From NCBI GenBank assembly GCA_963765495.1, contig CAVXWP010000002.1, forward strand, positions 320,001-384,000: a stretch of DNA of 64,000 nt, written 5' to 3'. This stretch comes from Blastocatellia bacterium (GTDB taxonomy: Bacteria; Acidobacteriota; Blastocatellia; UBA7656). Positions 53,582 through 63,884 of this stretch are shown one piece after another. Within the stretch, counting starts at the first letter, position 1. Every line of letters starts with the position of its first letter. The position numbers were made by a program, and so were the translations under genes. The notes under the pieces were generated by a model. It saw nothing but the letters and a program-made list of their open reading frames with translations. It ran no database searches and was not told where the DNA came from.

Positions 53582-55729
53582 ATGAGTGACCCGATCAAGC
53601 AAAAACAGTCGAAGTCAGGAAGCGGCGAAGCAGCTAACGTATTGTTACCGCAGACGTTGTTTCTTCAGAGGCAGTTGATGTTCAACCGCGAACTGTCCTG
53701 GCTGGAGTTCAACAGGCGCGTGCTCGAAGAGGCGCTCGACCCCACGCAACCGCTCCTGGAACGGTTGAAATTCCTCTCGATCTTTTCGACGAATCTGGAC
53801 GAGTTTTTCATGATCCGGGTGTCGGGGCTCAAGCAACAGATCGAAGCGGGCGTATCCGATTTATCCGTAGACGGCATGACGCCTTCGGCGCAGATGAAAG
53901 AGATATGCGACCGGCTGCGCCCGATACTTTCACAGCAAATGAGTTGTTTGAAGGAAGAGATTCTTCCTCAGTTGAGCCAGGAAGGGATACTGATCACACC
54001 CTATCGCGCGCTATCGGATCGCGAAAGACGGACGTTGAATGACTACTTCATAGAGAACGTCTTTCCGGTGCTCACGCCCCAGGCCGTAGACCCGAGTCAC
54101 CCTTTCCCTTACATCTCGAATCTCAGCCTGAATCTCGGAGTGATGATTGACCCGGCGGGCGAGGTGAGCGGAAAGGCCCCGGCTACAAACTGGATCGAGC
54201 CGCGATTTGCCCGCATAAAGGTTCCCCCCATCGTGCCCCGTCTCGTGCCCGTGGGCGATTCGGGCAGCGAGTTTACGTTCCTGGAAGAGTTGATAGCGGC
54301 CAACACCGATATATTGTTCCCCGGTATGCAAGTGGGCGAGCCTCATGTTTTTCGTGTGACGCGCGACGCCGATATAGACATAAAAGAGGACGAAGCAAAC
54401 GACCTTTTGCGAACCCTGGAAGAACAACTGCGTCGCCGCCGATTTGGAACCGCCGTGCGGCTGGAAGTCTCTACCTCGATGCCGGGCGAGATGGTCAGGT
54501 ATCTGGCAAGCGAGCTGGAACTGACGGCAACCGATGTCTACACGATAGACGGCCCGCTCAACGTGCCGGGGCTGATGTCGCTATACGGGCAGGACAAACC
54601 CGAGCTAAAAGACAGACCGCTCGTGCCTTCCGTCCCTGTTGCGCTCAGAGGCGAAGAGTATATTTTCGATGTGATCAAACGGCAGGATGTTCTGGTCCAC
54701 CATCCATACAACAGCTTTTCAACGGTTGTGAATTTCATCAGCACGGCGGCGATAGACCCGGATGTTCTGGCGATCAAGATGACCCTCTACCGCACGGGGA
54801 CAGACTCGCCCATCGTTCGCGCTTTGATGGAGGCATCGGAGCGAGGCAAGCAGGTAGCCGTGCTTGTGGAACTGAAAGCCCGCTTTGATGAGGAGAGCAA
54901 CATAGCGTGGGCGCGGCAGCTTGAGCGCGAGGGCGTGCACGTCGTTTACGGCATGCTCGGACTCAAAACACACAGCAAGCTGGCGCTTGTCGTCAGACGC
55001 GAATCGGGCGCGCTGCGCCGCTATGTTCACATTGGGACGGGCAACTACAACCCGGCGACCGCGCGCATCTACACGGATCTCGGGCTTTTCACGGCAAACG
55101 AAGAGATAGGCGCGGACGCTACGGATCTGTTCAATTACCTGACTGGATTTTCGCGGCAGGACAAGTACAGAAAGCTGCTCGTGGCGCCGATCACGCTGAG
55201 AGAGCGAATGCTCTCCCTGATCGAGCGCGAGGTATTGCATCATAAAGAGGGGCGACCGGCGCGCATCATCGCCAAGATCAACTCGCTGACCGACACCAAA
55301 ATCATACGGGCGCTTTATGAAGCCTCGCAATCGGGCGTGCCTATGAATCTGATCGTCAGGGGAATATGTTCGCTCAGGCCGGGCGCGCCGGGGCTTTCAG
55401 AGACGATCAAAGTGACGAGCATCGTGGGCCGCTTCCTTGAGCACAGCCGCATCTTCTATTTTGCAAACGGCGGCGAAGAAGACATCTACATAGGCAGCGC
55501 CGACTGGATGTTTCGTAATCTGGACCGCCGGGTTGAAATCCTGACGCCGATTGAAGACCCGCGTCTGAAGCGGCATATAAAAGACGAGATACTGGACATA
55601 CTCCTGAGCGACAACGTAAAGGCGCGGCGGCTCATGCCCGACGGGTCGTATGAAAGCCTGCAACCCTATGAGGACGAAGATAGCCTGAACAGCCAGGCTT
55701 ACTTTATGAATGCCTACGGTCAGAATTGA
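53582..55729 (+). CDS. ppk1: Polyphosphate kinase 1
   Basis: [40 protein letters not shown] and RRVE. Confidence 0.98.
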   Translation: MSDPIKQKQSKSGSGEAANVLLPQTLFLQRQLMFNRELSWLEFNRRVLEEALDPTQPLLERLKFLSIFSTNLDEFFMIRVSGLKQQIEAGVSDLSVDGMTPSAQMKEICDRLRPILSQQMSCLKEEILPQLSQEGILITPYRALSDRERRTLNDYFIENVFPVLTPQAVDPSHPFPYISNLSLNLGVMIDPAGEVSGKAPATNWIEPRFARIKVPPIVPRLVPVGDSGSEFTFLEELIAANTDILFPGMQVGEPHVFRVTRDADIDIKEDEANDLLRTLEEQLRRRRFGTAVRLEVSTSMPGEMVRYLASELELTATDVYTIDGPLNVPGLMSLYGQDKPELKDRPLVPSVPVALRGEEYIFDVIKRQDVLVHHPYNSFSTVVNFISTAAIDPDVLAIKMTLYRTGTDSPIVRALMEASERGKQVAVLVELKARFDEESNIAWARQLEREGVHVVYGMLGLKTHSKLALVVRRESGALRRYVHIGTGNYNPATARIYTDLGLFTANEEIGADATDLFNYLTGFSRQDKYRKLLVAPITLRERMLSLIEREVLHHKEGRPARIIAKINSLTDTKIIRALYEASQSGVPMNLIVRGICSLRPGAPGLSETIKVTSIVGRFLEHSRIFYFANGGEEDIYIGSADWMFRNLDRRVEILTPIEDPRLKRHIKDEILDILLSDNVKARRLMPDGSYESLQPYEDEDSLNSQAYFMNAYGQN

Positions 55730-56367
55730 ATATGAACAGAGCAGCAAACCCGAGGGGCGAATCGAAGAGCGGAGACAAAATCCGCACATTCATATGCATC
55801 GAGATACCCGACCCGATCAAAGCACGCATCTCAGACATACAACGCAGGCTCCGCAATACGGATGCGCAGGTTAGCTGGGTCAGGACAGAAAATATCCACC
55901 TTACATTGAAGTTTTTAGGCGATGTGCCGCGCTCTGCAATCGAGCGGGTCTGCCGCGCCACAGAGGCTGCGGCTGAGACGTGCGGCGAGTTTGAAATCAC
56001 GGTGAGCGGCGCGGGCTGCTTCCCTTCTCCGCAAAATCCGCGCGTGTTATGGATAGGACTGGCCGCTTTGCCGGAAAGCCTCAGAGAATTGCATACGAGG
56101 ATCGAAGATTTGCTCGCACGCCAGGGTTTCCCGCGAGAGCAGAAACGGTTTTCGCCTCACCTGACGATAGGTCGCGTCCGCTCTCCGCGAAATGCGGCGC
56201 TTGTTGCCGAGAAACTTATTGCCGGAGGCTTCGCGCCGGCAAGTTTCACCGCCCGCGAATGTATAGTGATGCGGAGCGAATTGAAATCTACAGGGTCTGT
56301 CTATACGCCTCAAGCCGTCATAACGCTTGGATCATTGCATCACATTGATAAAGGCGGAGACCAATGA
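55726..56367 (+). CDS. thpR: RNA 2',3'-cyclic phosphodiesterase (2H family)
   Basis: Two HLT motifs (HLTLKFLG and PHLTIGR) and PRVLW. Confidence 0.93.
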   Translation: MNMNRAANPRGESKSGDKIRTFICIEIPDPIKARISDIQRRLRNTDAQVSWVRTENIHLTLKFLGDVPRSAIERVCRATEAAAETCGEFEITVSGAGCFPSPQNPRVLWIGLAALPESLRELHTRIEDLLARQGFPREQKRFSPHLTIGRVRSPRNAALVAEKLIAGGFAPASFTARECIVMRSELKSTGSVYTPQAVITLGSLHHIDKGGDQ

Positions 56368-56378
56368 AGCGCACATTG

Positions 56379-56482
56379 AAATAGGCCGGGACGGACGCGG
56401 ATCGGGCGGATCAACACGGATTAGATCATAAAGAGTCAGATTCGCGTAGATCCGCCCGATCCGCGTCCGTCCCGGCCTATTT
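56379..56482. repeat. GGACGGACGCGGAT palindromic element
   Basis: Perfect 34-bp inverted repeat, 56379-56412 / 56449-56482. Confidence 0.92.
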
Positions 56483-56578
56483 TCCCTGCTCTGCTTATGA
56501 GCTTTCGCGTTTTCCGGCTGATTTGCAAAGATGCTCTATGGTTGCGATACTATTAATTCAGATTTAAGAGGCTGAAAT

Positions 56579-57079
56579 ATGGCAAGAGTTGAAGTCAGAG
56601 CCGTGGTTTTGACGATAAGCGACAAGGCATCACGCGGTGAGCGCGAAGATCAGTCGGGGCCCGCGGTCGTGGGCGAGCTTGAAAAGCTTGGCTGCCGGAT
56701 TGTGGCCACAGAGATCATTTCCGATGACGCTGAATTGATCTCGTCGAGGCTGCGCCATCACGCCGACAAGGGCGATGTTGATTTGATCTGCACGACGGGC
56801 GGGACCGGGTTTGCTCCGCGTGATAACACGCCCGAAGCTACGCGGGCTGTCATCGAGCGCGAGGCCCCGGGGCTCGCGGAATTGATGAGGCTCAAGAGTC
56901 TTGATTCGACCCCGCTTGCGGCCCTGTCACGAGCAGTCTGCGGGATACGCGGGCGCACGCTGATAATCAACCTGCCGGGAAGCCGACGAGGCGCGGTCGA
57001 AAACTTCACAGCCATTCGCAGTCAGATTCCTCACGCGATTGGCTTGCTGACCGAGCAATCCAGAAAATGCGCCAGTTGA
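56579..57079 (+). CDS. mog: MogA/MoaB molybdopterin adenylyltransferase
   Basis: TISD, D.SGP, TTGGTG..PRDNTPEA, SRAVCG and NLPGS. Confidence 0.93.
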   Translation: MARVEVRAVVLTISDKASRGEREDQSGPAVVGELEKLGCRIVATEIISDDAELISSRLRHHADKGDVDLICTTGGTGFAPRDNTPEATRAVIEREAPGLAELMRLKSLDSTPLAALSRAVCGIRGRTLIINLPGSRRGAVENFTAIRSQIPHAIGLLTEQSRKCAS

Positions 57080-57112
57080 CCCGATAAATCAATAACGGAG
57101 AGCAAAAGGGAG

Positions 57113-58075
57113 ATGGGTTCAAATCCGGACCGTCTTGTTCATGCCACCTCGGCAAACAATCAAATCAGATGCATGGCCGCTCGAACGACTTCGCTTGTAG
57201 GTGAAGCCTGTCGCCGCCATCACACATTTCCGACCGCTTCCGTGGCGCTCGGGCGCACGATAACCGGCACGCTTTTGCTGGGAAGCGGTGTAAAAGACCT
57301 CGAAAAAATAACGGTCCATTTCGATTGCGACGGGCCTATTGGCCAGATAATCGCTCAGGCCGACCCTTACGGCAAGGTGCGCGGTTACGTCTCAAACCCC
57401 GAAGCCGACGCAAGGACTATGAATGAGCGCGGCAAGTTCGACGTGAAGGCGATAGTCGGCTCGGGCACAATGTATGTGACACGCGACGCGGGATTTGAGA
57501 TTGGCCTGTCTAAGGAACCTTATCGCGGCTCGGTTCCAATCGTATCGGGGGAGATAGGCGAAGACTTCGCCTACTATCTGGCCAAGTCCGAGCAGATCAA
57601 TTCAGCGGTCAGCCTCGGCGTGTTGATGTCTGTTGATCAGGACGAGGACACAGATTCGAGCGTCTCGCAGACGAGCACGGCAAGGTTCTCTCTCGACCGT
57701 CTGCGCGTAGTGGCGGCGGGCGGATTTATCCTCCAGATGATGCCGAGCGCGGACGAGGGTTTAGTCAGGCACGTGGAGCAGACTATGACCAGAATCCCCT
57801 CCTCGACCGAAATGATACGCGAGGGGATGGAGCCGGAAGAGATGCTTCGGGCGGCTCTCGGAGAGCTTGAGCTTGACGTGCTGGAACAGATCGAACCGCG
57901 TTTCGAGTGTCCGTGTTCGCCCGAGCGCGCAAGACAGATGATTTCGGCGCTCGGGCGCGAAGAAGTGCAGGACATGATCGAAAAGGAGAATGGAGCCGAG
58001 CTTATCTGTCACTACTGCAACGAGACCTACCGCTTGACCGGCGATGAGCTAAAGAATTTGAGATTTGAGATTTGA
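57113..58075 (+). CDS. hslO: Hsp33 redox-regulated chaperone
   Basis: GEIGEDFAYYL..SEQ, AGGFILQ and CPC...CHYC zinc centre. Confidence 0.95.
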   Translation: MGSNPDRLVHATSANNQIRCMAARTTSLVGEACRRHHTFPTASVALGRTITGTLLLGSGVKDLEKITVHFDCDGPIGQIIAQADPYGKVRGYVSNPEADARTMNERGKFDVKAIVGSGTMYVTRDAGFEIGLSKEPYRGSVPIVSGEIGEDFAYYLAKSEQINSAVSLGVLMSVDQDEDTDSSVSQTSTARFSLDRLRVVAAGGFILQMMPSADEGLVRHVEQTMTRIPSSTEMIREGMEPEEMLRAALGELELDVLEQIEPRFECPCSPERARQMISALGREEVQDMIEKENGAELICHYCNETYRLTGDELKNLRFEI

Positions 58076-58110
58076 ATCTCAAATGAACGGGTGTGAAGAA
58101 GAGTCCCTGC

Positions 58111-58188
58111 TCGATATAGGGGCTCGATATAGAGGGTCGATATAGAGGGTCGATATAGAGGGTCGATATAGAGGGTCGATATAGAGGC
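58111..58188. repeat. 13-bp tandem repeat (TCGATATAGAGGG) x6
   Basis: Six contiguous units directly abutting the stop codon at 58189. Confidence 0.95.
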
Positions 58189-58902
58189 TCAATACATCTC
58201 TCTGAGCAATCGTCCGATCTGGCGCTGGAGCGTTCTGTAAATAGGGTCGATGGGCTGGCTGGCATCTATCACTTCAAATCCGTACTCTTCGATCATCGAA
58301 TCGAAGACGGCGAGCATCCTCGTTTGATACTCGACAAAGCTGTCGAACAGATCCGCCCCCAGGTGCATGTCCATCCCCGATTCCCAGTAATCGAACCCGT
58401 CCGGCTTTGTCAAAACGCGCGGCATTAAATCCTTGACTCGCGGGCGGATGTAAAAGATCGCGTCGGGTTTGAGCGCAAGCCCGTATACGGATTTTATCCA
58501 CTCCGGGTCCATGCCGCGCACGATGGCTCGCGCTATCAGAGAGTATGTGTATCGGTCGGTCAGGACTATGAAACCGGCGCGAAGGGCCGGAATCATCTGA
58601 TTTTCCAACCGGTCGGCGAAGTCGGTGGCATAAAAGAGCGTCAGCGAAATCGGGCCGAGCGAATACCCCTGCTTTGCCTGCTTGATCCCTTTACCGGCGA
58701 GCGCCGAGCGGGTCATCCCGGTATCGAGCACGGCGTGGCCGTTTGATTCCAGCCAGGGCTTTAGCATGGAGACTTGCGTGGACCGGCCTACTCCGTCCGG
58801 CCCTTCGATGACTATCAATCTGCCTTGCAGTTCTTCGAGATTCACATCCGGCAAGCCTTCGCCGTAGAACTCGAAACGGTGACTTTCGGGTTTTTCTTTC
58901 AA
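58189..58902 (-). CDS. Thymidylate kinase-like protein with a variant P-loop
   Basis: IEGPDGVGRST and LTDRY. TTG start after GAGGA is inferred. Confidence 0.85.
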   Translation of the reverse strand: MKEKPESHRFEFYGEGLPDVNLEELQGRLIVIEGPDGVGRSTQVSMLKPWLESNGHAVLDTGMTRSALAGKGIKQAKQGYSLGPISLTLFYATDFADRLENQMIPALRAGFIVLTDRYTYSLIARAIVRGMDPEWIKSVYGLALKPDAIFYIRPRVKDLMPRVLTKPDGFDYWESGMDMHLGADLFDSFVEYQTRMLAVFDSMIEEYGFEVIDASQPIDPIYRTLQRQIGRLLREMY

Positions 58903-58909
58903 TACTGGT

Positions 58910-59626
58910 TCAATCCTCTTCAGATTCGGATTCGAAAAAATGGCTCGAATGTTTGGGCACATCGTGAAGGTGGTTTTCGACCAGCGCGCGCACTTCATCC
59001 TGCTGTTCTTCAATAGAGCGAGTCGCGTCTATCACGGTGAGGCCGAATTCTTCGACCATCTCTTCGTATCGTTCCATTATCATTCCCTGAAAGAATTCAA
59101 AGCTCTCTTCGATATCGTCGGTCAGGCCGAGGTCAAGCCCGGCTTCGTAGTATTTCAGACCGGCCCGCGCTCCCAGGATGCGTTTAAGCGAGACCTCCAG
59201 AGGCACGCGAAAGTAAAAGGCTATGCTTGGTTTGACAGCGAACCTGTAAAGCTGACGCACCCACAGCGGGTCAACTCCGCGAGCCACATCGCGCGCAAAG
59301 GCGGTGTAGATGTAACGGTCGGCCAGGACTATCGCGCCCGCCTTGAGCGGGGGAATGATGTGGCGCTCGATGCGGTCGGCCAGATCGGTCGAGTGAATAA
59401 GTGAGAATGTGGTCGGCGTGAGCATGTGCTTGCGCTTGCCCCGACGCGTCGTCACTTTTACCAGTGGCGAAGAGTTCCACTCGCTGAAAAAGACCATGTA
59501 GCCTTCGCGTCTCAACCACTGTTGCAGGAGGCTGAGTTGCGTAGACTTGCCCGAACCGTCTATGCCCTCGACGATAAAGAGCTTGCCCGGAAATGTGTGA
59601 TCGCCAAACATTTGCATAACCGACAT
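58910..59626 (-). CDS. tmk: Thymidylate kinase (dTMP kinase) family protein
   Basis: VEGIDGSGKST and LADRY. Start is uncertain (59626, 59617 or 59611). Confidence 0.85.
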   Translation of the reverse strand: MSVMQMFGDHTFPGKLFIVEGIDGSGKSTQLSLLQQWLRREGYMVFFSEWNSSPLVKVTTRRGKRKHMLTPTTFSLIHSTDLADRIERHIIPPLKAGAIVLADRYIYTAFARDVARGVDPLWVRQLYRFAVKPSIAFYFRVPLEVSLKRILGARAGLKYYEAGLDLGLTDDIEESFEFFQGMIMERYEEMVEEFGLTVIDATRSIEEQQDEVRALVENHLHDVPKHSSHFFESESEED

Positions 59627-59672
59627 CCGACGACTTAGAGTATAAGCATTGCGCACTGGAAGGCAAATAATT

Positions 59673-60293
59673 ATGTTCCTGAGACCGTTTTTTCTGTACT
59701 TGATTCTTACACCAACCCTCGTTATCGCGTCTGGAATGCCTCCGGCGGGCGCTCTTTCTTCGGATGACGAACCCGAATATGCGCCCATTGTCGAACGCGA
59801 TATGGATTTTTTCGATTTCACGTTAAAGACGACCGGAGGGCAGGAGTTCAACCTGCGCCGGTATGCAGCCGACAAACAGATTGTGATCGTCGGTTTTGTT
59901 GCGGGCTGGTGTAAAAACAGCAACAACAACGGTCACGTCATAAAGCGGCTCTACGATAAATACAAAGACCGGGGCCTGGGTCTTGTCGCGGTTATGGAGT
60001 ACTCGACTTCGGATGAAATCGAGATTCACTCAAACCGCATAGGCATTGATTACCCGGTAGTCATAGAGACCGAAAGCCGGGGGAAGCGCAAGAAATCAGC
60101 CCATTACAAATACCGAAAGAAGGCCGGAGACAACCGCAAGTGGGGAACGCCCTTTTACGTAATCATCGAAACTGACAAGATTGAACCGGCACAGGGAAAA
60201 GACTTGATTGCCCGGCATGTTTACACCGTCGCGGGCGAGATTATCGAATCTGAGGCCGAGCAGTTTATCGAGCAGCGTCTACGTGACAAGTGA
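59673..60293 (+). CDS. Exported TlpA/AhpC-TSA-like thioredoxin-fold protein (CxxS)
   Basis: Signal peptide, DFTLK, AGWCKNS, LYDKYKDRGL and GTP cis-Pro loop. Confidence 0.75.
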   Translation: MFLRPFFLYLILTPTLVIASGMPPAGALSSDDEPEYAPIVERDMDFFDFTLKTTGGQEFNLRRYAADKQIVIVGFVAGWCKNSNNNGHVIKRLYDKYKDRGLGLVAVMEYSTSDEIEIHSNRIGIDYPVVIETESRGKRKKSAHYKYRKKAGDNRKWGTPFYVIIETDKIEPAQGKDLIARHVYTVAGEIIESEAEQFIEQRLRDK

Positions 60294-60380
60294 TGCGTGA
60301 TCTGTGATGCGTGATTGACCGGGCTTGCGAGTTGTCTTTAACCTGCGGCCTGTCTGGGAATCACGCATCACGCATCACGT
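60283..60380. repeat. GTGAT/ATCAC heptamer-flanked element between convergent genes
   Basis: GTGATGC units on the left and ATCACGC x3 on the right. Confidence 0.85.
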
Positions 60381-60384
60381 CCAT

Positions 60385-61596
60385 CTATTTCTGCGGGTTT
60401 GATTCAAGTACTGCTGACTGAGCGCCGGTTGGGGTGATGTCCGGTTCGAGATCAAGCACCTGCTGAGTCGCATCCTCCGGCTTGCGCAGAGATCGAATCC
60501 CGCGATAGGCAAGGTAATGGTTGTAGGTGACTACGATCAACCCTACAAATGGAATCGCCAGAAAGATGCCGGTCAGTCCTGCGATTTCGGCCCCGCTCAA
60601 AACGGCAAGCACCACTATCAGCGGATGCATTTTTATGCCGTGGCCTATAATACGCGGATAGACTATATAATCGTGCACTATGCGAAGCACGGCGAGAAAC
60701 AGCACAGACCACAGCGCCAGTTTGAAAGAGGCGGTAAGTGTCAGGCTGAAAATAATGATCGCGGCAAGCAAGGGACCTACGAGCGGGACAAATTCCAGCA
60801 CCCCGGCAATCGCGCCGAGCACGACGGCATAAGGCACGCCGATCAACCCGAGACCTACGGTTACTTCGGCTCCGATCACAAGACAGGCGGTGATCTGCGC
60901 CCTTATGTAGGCGGCTATCGTGCCGCTCACATCGAGCAACAGGTAATGGACTCGCTTTTGCAGTCTCTCGTCCGGGAAAAAAGCCAGCAGGCTGTGCTCG
61001 AAAGACTCGGCATCTTTCAGAAGAAAGAACGACATGATCGGCACGATGATCAACCACGGAAGGTAAGCCAGGTAGCCTAATAGCCCTCTGACCTGACCGC
61101 TCAGCCACGGGAAAAGCTCTTCGGCCGCCCTCGTAATCTGGCCAAAGATTTCTTCTCGCCACGCATCGGGCAGTTCGAGATGTCTGAGCCAGCTATCGGC
61201 GCTAGTGAAGGTCTTTTTCACCGATTCCGACCCGCTCGTGAGGTAGTTTGGCAGGTTGCCCGCAAGCTCGTTTGCCTGCACCTGTAAGACGGGGAGGATC
61301 ATCAGCGCAGCAACAAAGACCACCGCTCCAAAGACGAGGTAGACCACACCGATGCTTACGCCGCGCGGCAATTTGAAGGCGCGGCCCGCCAGATATACGG
61401 GCTGCTCAAACAACCGGACGAGCGGCGCTATCAGATAGCAGAAAAAGATCGACAACACCAGTAAGAGGATGATCGATCTGAGCATATAAAGCGCCCAGAA
61501 GAAGATCAGCGCGCAGGTTATGATGGCCACTACCCGCACGACCACCATCGTCCACACTCGAATCAATTGAGATTGATTGACAGGCTTTTGCTCCAA
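60385..61596 (-). CDS. AI-2E family transporter
   Basis: Multi-TM protein with YLIAPLV, FFLLKD, EFVPLVGP, PRIIG..MHP and G.FLAIP. Confidence 0.9.
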   Translation of the reverse strand: MEQKPVNQSQLIRVWTMVVVRVVAIITCALIFFWALYMLRSIILLLVLSIFFCYLIAPLVRLFEQPVYLAGRAFKLPRGVSIGVVYLVFGAVVFVAALMILPVLQVQANELAGNLPNYLTSGSESVKKTFTSADSWLRHLELPDAWREEIFGQITRAAEELFPWLSGQVRGLLGYLAYLPWLIIVPIMSFFLLKDAESFEHSLLAFFPDERLQKRVHYLLLDVSGTIAAYIRAQITACLVIGAEVTVGLGLIGVPYAVVLGAIAGVLEFVPLVGPLLAAIIIFSLTLTASFKLALWSVLFLAVLRIVHDYIVYPRIIGHGIKMHPLIVVLAVLSGAEIAGLTGIFLAIPFVGLIVVTYNHYLAYRGIRSLRKPEDATQQVLDLEPDITPTGAQSAVLESNPQK

Positions 61597-61694
61597 GCTA
61601 TCCTCCCGGCTCTGAGCGGGGCTAATATGATATGGTCAGTATAACACTCCTGTATTTAAGAGTCAGCAATGATGTGCCCGATAAGAGTTCAGAT

Positions 61695-61765
61695 TAGCCA
61701 CAGAGGCACAGAGACACAGAGAAGAGATCACAAAAGAACTCTGTGTCTCTGTGCCTCTGTGGCTA
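61695..61765. repeat. CACAGAG palindromic element
   Basis: Perfect 27-bp inverted repeat TAGCCACAGAGGCACAGAGACACAGAG / reverse complement. Confidence 0.92.
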
Positions 61766-61778
61766 TTTCCTTCCCCAG

Positions 61779-61817
61779 AAAAAAGAGACGGCCCGAGCTT
61801 TCATGCCCGGGCCGTTT
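61779..61817 (-). terminator. Rho-independent terminator of the ctpA-like gene
   Basis: Minus strand ACGGCCCGGGC-loop-GCTCGGGCCGT followed by CTCTTTTTT. Confidence 0.75.
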
Positions 61818-61848
61818 ACGATTTGCCGGTTGACTTGAACCGGGCGAA

Positions 61849-63504
61849 TCAGTTTCTGCGCGCATCCCCCGTGCGCGATTGAGCGCGCAATCGGATGATG
61901 TCTTCGGCCATCATGCGGGCCTTCGGTATTTCAGACAACGCCTTTTGCATCTGCGGGTCGCCTTCGAGCAATACCTGTGAGGCCACTTCCTGACCATAGG
62001 CCGCCGTTACTACCTCGTTGCGGATTCGAATCTTGAGCCAATCGGCGTCCTTGTCTACGCGGGATTCGTCGGCCTTCAACTCTTTATGCGTGTGCAGGTA
62101 GTTTTTAAAGGCGGCGATCACCTTATCGTTCACCACATATTCTTCGGGAGTCAGATTATGTTTATGATCGGCCGGGTGTTCTATTTTGAACTGCTCGAGC
62201 CCGGGGATGAGGCCGGCTACCAGATTACGAGAGAAATCGAATACCGGCTCGATCCAGAGACGGATAAGCTCGGCTTCTTTGGCGGGAATCTTTACATCAA
62301 CATCCGGGTCGATGCCGCCGCCGCCATAAACTGTGCGGCCCGAGTCGGTTCGCTTCTCTTCTGTGCGATTCACGGCGTCTTTGTCGCCGCGCTTCAAATA
62401 GTAATCGTAAAAGGAACGGCCCGCGTATTCGCGCTGAATCAAGCGACCGCTCGGCGTGTAGTAATGTCCGGTCGTAAGCGTGAGGCCGGAGCCGTCGCCG
62501 AGCGTAAAGACGGTCTGAACCAGCCCTTTGCCAAAGCTGTTTTCGCCTACAAGCCGGGCGCGGTCATGATCCTGAAGAGCGCCCGCGACGATCTCGGCCG
62601 CCGAAGCCGTGCCTCGATTTATCAGCACCACCAGCGGATAGTCTTCCGGGTCGTTGTTGAAAGCGGCCATCTCCCTTGTGGGAAATACCGACGGGCGGCC
62701 TTTCATCGTGAGAATCTTCTGGCCGCGATACAGGAAGAGGTTCGATACCTTCCAGGCCTGGTCTACCAGCCCGCCGCGATTGCCGCGCAGGTCGAGCACG
62801 AGAGACTTCATCCCGCGCTCTTTAAGGTCTCTGATAGCTTCGCGCATCTCTTCGTGGGTCGTAGTGTTGAATCCGCGTGAGAGGTTGATATAGCCCACGC
62901 CGTCAGGCCCCAGATAATAATTCGAGATCGAGGGCAGCGGCACCGAAGCTCGCGTGAGTTTGAACTCAAGCGGATGATCTACGCCGAGACGCCCTACCTT
63001 GACGCTGACTTTTGTGCCTTCGGGTCCGAGCAGATGATTGGCCACCTGGGTCGAGTTCCATCCTTCGGTCGACTCGCCGTTGATCTCAAGTATCTGGTCT
63101 CCGTAAAAGATGCCGCCGCGATAAGCTGGAGTCCCATCAAACGGAGAGTTGATATAGACCTTGCCGTTTCGCGGCACGATGGTAGAGCCTATGCCGGAGT
63201 AGCGGCTGCGTTGCTCATTTTGAAACTTCTCCCACTCTTCGCGGTCGAAATAATTCGAGTGCGGATCGAGCGTATGAAGCATGCCGAGGATGGAAAATTT
63301 CGCCATCTTATCGAAATCCACATCACCCGCGTAATTGTCCTTGGCAACGAGCAATGCCTTTGCGAAATCATCGGCAATCTTTTGCCTCGTTACAGCATCA
63401 TCCTCGCCCTGGCCCAGCAGGCGCTGCGTTGGATGCGCTCCGGCAAAAGTCAACGGCATAACCAGTGCAATGACCAGCGCCCAGTAACGTTTCTTGACTC
63501 TCAT
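61849..63504 (-). CDS. ctpA: Carboxy-terminal processing protease (S41A, PDZ)
   Basis: Signal peptide, LDPHS, PDZ (GIG), DLRGNRGG, ASAAEIVAG, GKGLVQ and GGGIDPD. Confidence 0.92.
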   Translation of the reverse strand: MRVKKRYWALVIALVMPLTFAGAHPTQRLLGQGEDDAVTRQKIADDFAKALLVAKDNYAGDVDFDKMAKFSILGMLHTLDPHSNYFDREEWEKFQNEQRSRYSGIGSTIVPRNGKVYINSPFDGTPAYRGGIFYGDQILEINGESTEGWNSTQVANHLLGPEGTKVSVKVGRLGVDHPLEFKLTRASVPLPSISNYYLGPDGVGYINLSRGFNTTTHEEMREAIRDLKERGMKSLVLDLRGNRGGLVDQAWKVSNLFLYRGQKILTMKGRPSVFPTREMAAFNNDPEDYPLVVLINRGTASAAEIVAGALQDHDRARLVGENSFGKGLVQTVFTLGDGSGLTLTTGHYYTPSGRLIQREYAGRSFYDYYLKRGDKDAVNRTEEKRTDSGRTVYGGGGIDPDVDVKIPAKEAELIRLWIEPVFDFSRNLVAGLIPGLEQFKIEHPADHKHNLTPEEYVVNDKVIAAFKNYLHTHKELKADESRVDKDADWLKIRIRNEVVTAAYGQEVASQVLLEGDPQMQKALSEIPKARMMAEDIIRLRAQSRTGDARRN

Positions 63505-63662
63505 TATTAATCTCTCAATGCTTGGTGAAAACAACTAGAGCGAAACCAATGGATCGCCCGCTTTCGAGCCGCTCAAGACATATCAAATTCTAGCGGAAAG
63601 AGTTTTATAAAACAACCTTACCGTGCGTGAAGAGTGAAGAGTGAAGAGTGATCCGTGATTGG

Positions 63663-63884
63663 CAGGGTCATTCAGTTTTCAAAGTGTAGATAAGGAAACT
63701 GGGAATAGGCCACGGATGACGCGGATGCGACGGATTTACGCGGATCTGATCTTATTTGAGCTAATCCGCGTAAATCCGCCAAAATCCGCGTCATCCGCGG
63801 CCTATTTCAACACGCCTTTGCTTGAACTCAACTTTTAACATTTCTTCCGCCTGTTGCCCGCTACTCAAAAACTGAATGGCCCTG
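63663..63884. mobile_element. 222-bp MITE with 17-bp TIRs and a 9-bp target-site duplication
   Basis: CAGGGTCATTCAGTTTT / AAAACTGAATGGCCCTG (one mismatch), flanked by CGTGATTGG at 63654-63662 and 63885-63893. Confidence 0.85.
63704..63806. repeat. CGGAT palindromic element inside the MITE
   Basis: AATAGGCCACGGATGACGCGGAT / ATCCGCGTCATCCGCGGCCTATT; same family as 56379-56482. Confidence 0.88.

Noticed and set aside
58111-58188. Possible CRISPR array
   Set aside because: The 13-bp units are contiguous with no spacers, and there are no cas genes.
59627-59929. Long N-terminal extension of the tmk ORF
   Set aside because: It overlaps the divergent thioredoxin-fold gene; homology starts near MFGDHTFPGKL.
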